Shown: piece by piece, positions 63,041 to 64,000 of the stretch | Layout of the letters: every line of letters starts with the position of its first letter | Numbering within the stretch: position 1 is the first letter of the stretch | NCBI RefSeq assembly: GCF_009914755.1 | Contig: NC_060934.1 | Direction: 5' to 3' (one strand) | Length of the DNA stretch: 64,000 nucleotides | DNA from: the human T2T-CHM13v2.0 reference genome, Homo sapiens | The notes under the pieces: model-generated | Database searches by the model: none | What the model was told of the DNA's origin: nothing | The model's input: only the letters and a program-made list of their open reading frames with translations | Position numbers and translations under genes: made by a program

Positions 63041-64000
63041 AAAATATATGACATTTAGTCCAAAATGGGTAATCAGTGTTCTTCTCATTGGAGACATGAA
63101 GATGAACATAGTCCCTGCCCTTGAGGAGATCTCACAGATCAATGGACAGTGCAGATAAACAATCACTACACTACTTGCAAAATGCTACAATATTCACATG
63201 CACAGGATATTATGGGAGCAGGGAGCAAGGAAGGAGGCATAGTACAGAGAAAGCTCCCAGGCAGAGGTGATATCCATGTTGAAGGTTTGGGGAGGGAAAA
63301 AAAGAGAGAAGGTTTAGACAGACAGAACAGTGTGTGTGTGGGATGGGGGGAAAAGCATTGAAGGGGTACCTGAGTGTGTGTAAAGGGAAAACTTCAAGCA
63401 GGTCATCACTTCTGGAGGGTAAATATCAAGGCAAATGAGGCATTGTGAGAAAGAGACTGGTGTGGCAGGACTCTGGCCATAAGCATACCTGACTTTTGAT
63501 GATGAAAACAAATAATAATAGCATATGTAATCCAATTTAATCCAGACCACGATGCTGTGGTAGAGTCTGCCCACTGCCTGCCAGAATACATTCTTCACGT
63601 CTTCTAGGCACATAGTCGCTCTTCCAGCTAGATGAGGCCACGTGATCATATTCTTTTTGTGAAATGTGAGCAGAGGTGATGTGTGCTACTTCTGAGCATA
63701 AGTTTTAAGGCTGTGGGTAAGCCTCCTCCATGCCTTATTTCCCCTTTCCCCTGGCTGGAACTTATGGCAATGAAACTTCAACCATTTGGTTGGCAAGGAT
63801 CTGGGAGCTGGTGGAGGAAGAAGATGAAAGGATCCTAGTCCCAGAATGATGTCATGGAGCAGAGGTTCCCACCCACCTGGAATACTCACCTCAGATTGAA
63901 TTATTAGAGAGTCTCTCCTACAGCAACCAAGCTTTAAGCTTACTAGAACCCTAAAAAGTAATATTGCTATCCCCATTTTATGGATAAAGAAATGGAAAGA

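Overview
Human (or closely related hominid) genomic DNA from 10q22.1. The first ~5.7 kb holds the last three coding exons and 3' UTR of TSPAN15 (+ strand). The remaining ~58 kb is repeat-dense intergenic DNA. From recalled gene order, NEUROG3 should lie a few kb beyond the right edge; it is not visible here. Identifiable content: a TMEM256 processed pseudogene, a 5'-inverted L1PA, several older L1s, more than 20 Alus, solo LTRs (MLT2, MER52, LTR47-like, MLT1), a THE1 element, hAT/Tigger MITEs and several microsatellites. I found no convincing new protein-coding gene or multi-gene system. Most worth follow-up: (1) a nearly intact TMEM256 retrocopy whose single frameshift is bypassed by an upstream ATG, lying downstream of a co-oriented MER52 LTR; (2) a zero-spacer inverted AluS/AluY fusion inside one target-site duplication (TSD); (3) a relocated, inverted segment within THE1-int; (4) a 260-bp pure-purine GAA/GGA tract; (5) a compact RFX/HNF1/GATA/CDX motif cluster near 60.9-61.0 kb that may be an endoderm enhancer. 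Repeat subfamily names come from remembered consensus sequences and need RepeatMasker confirmation.
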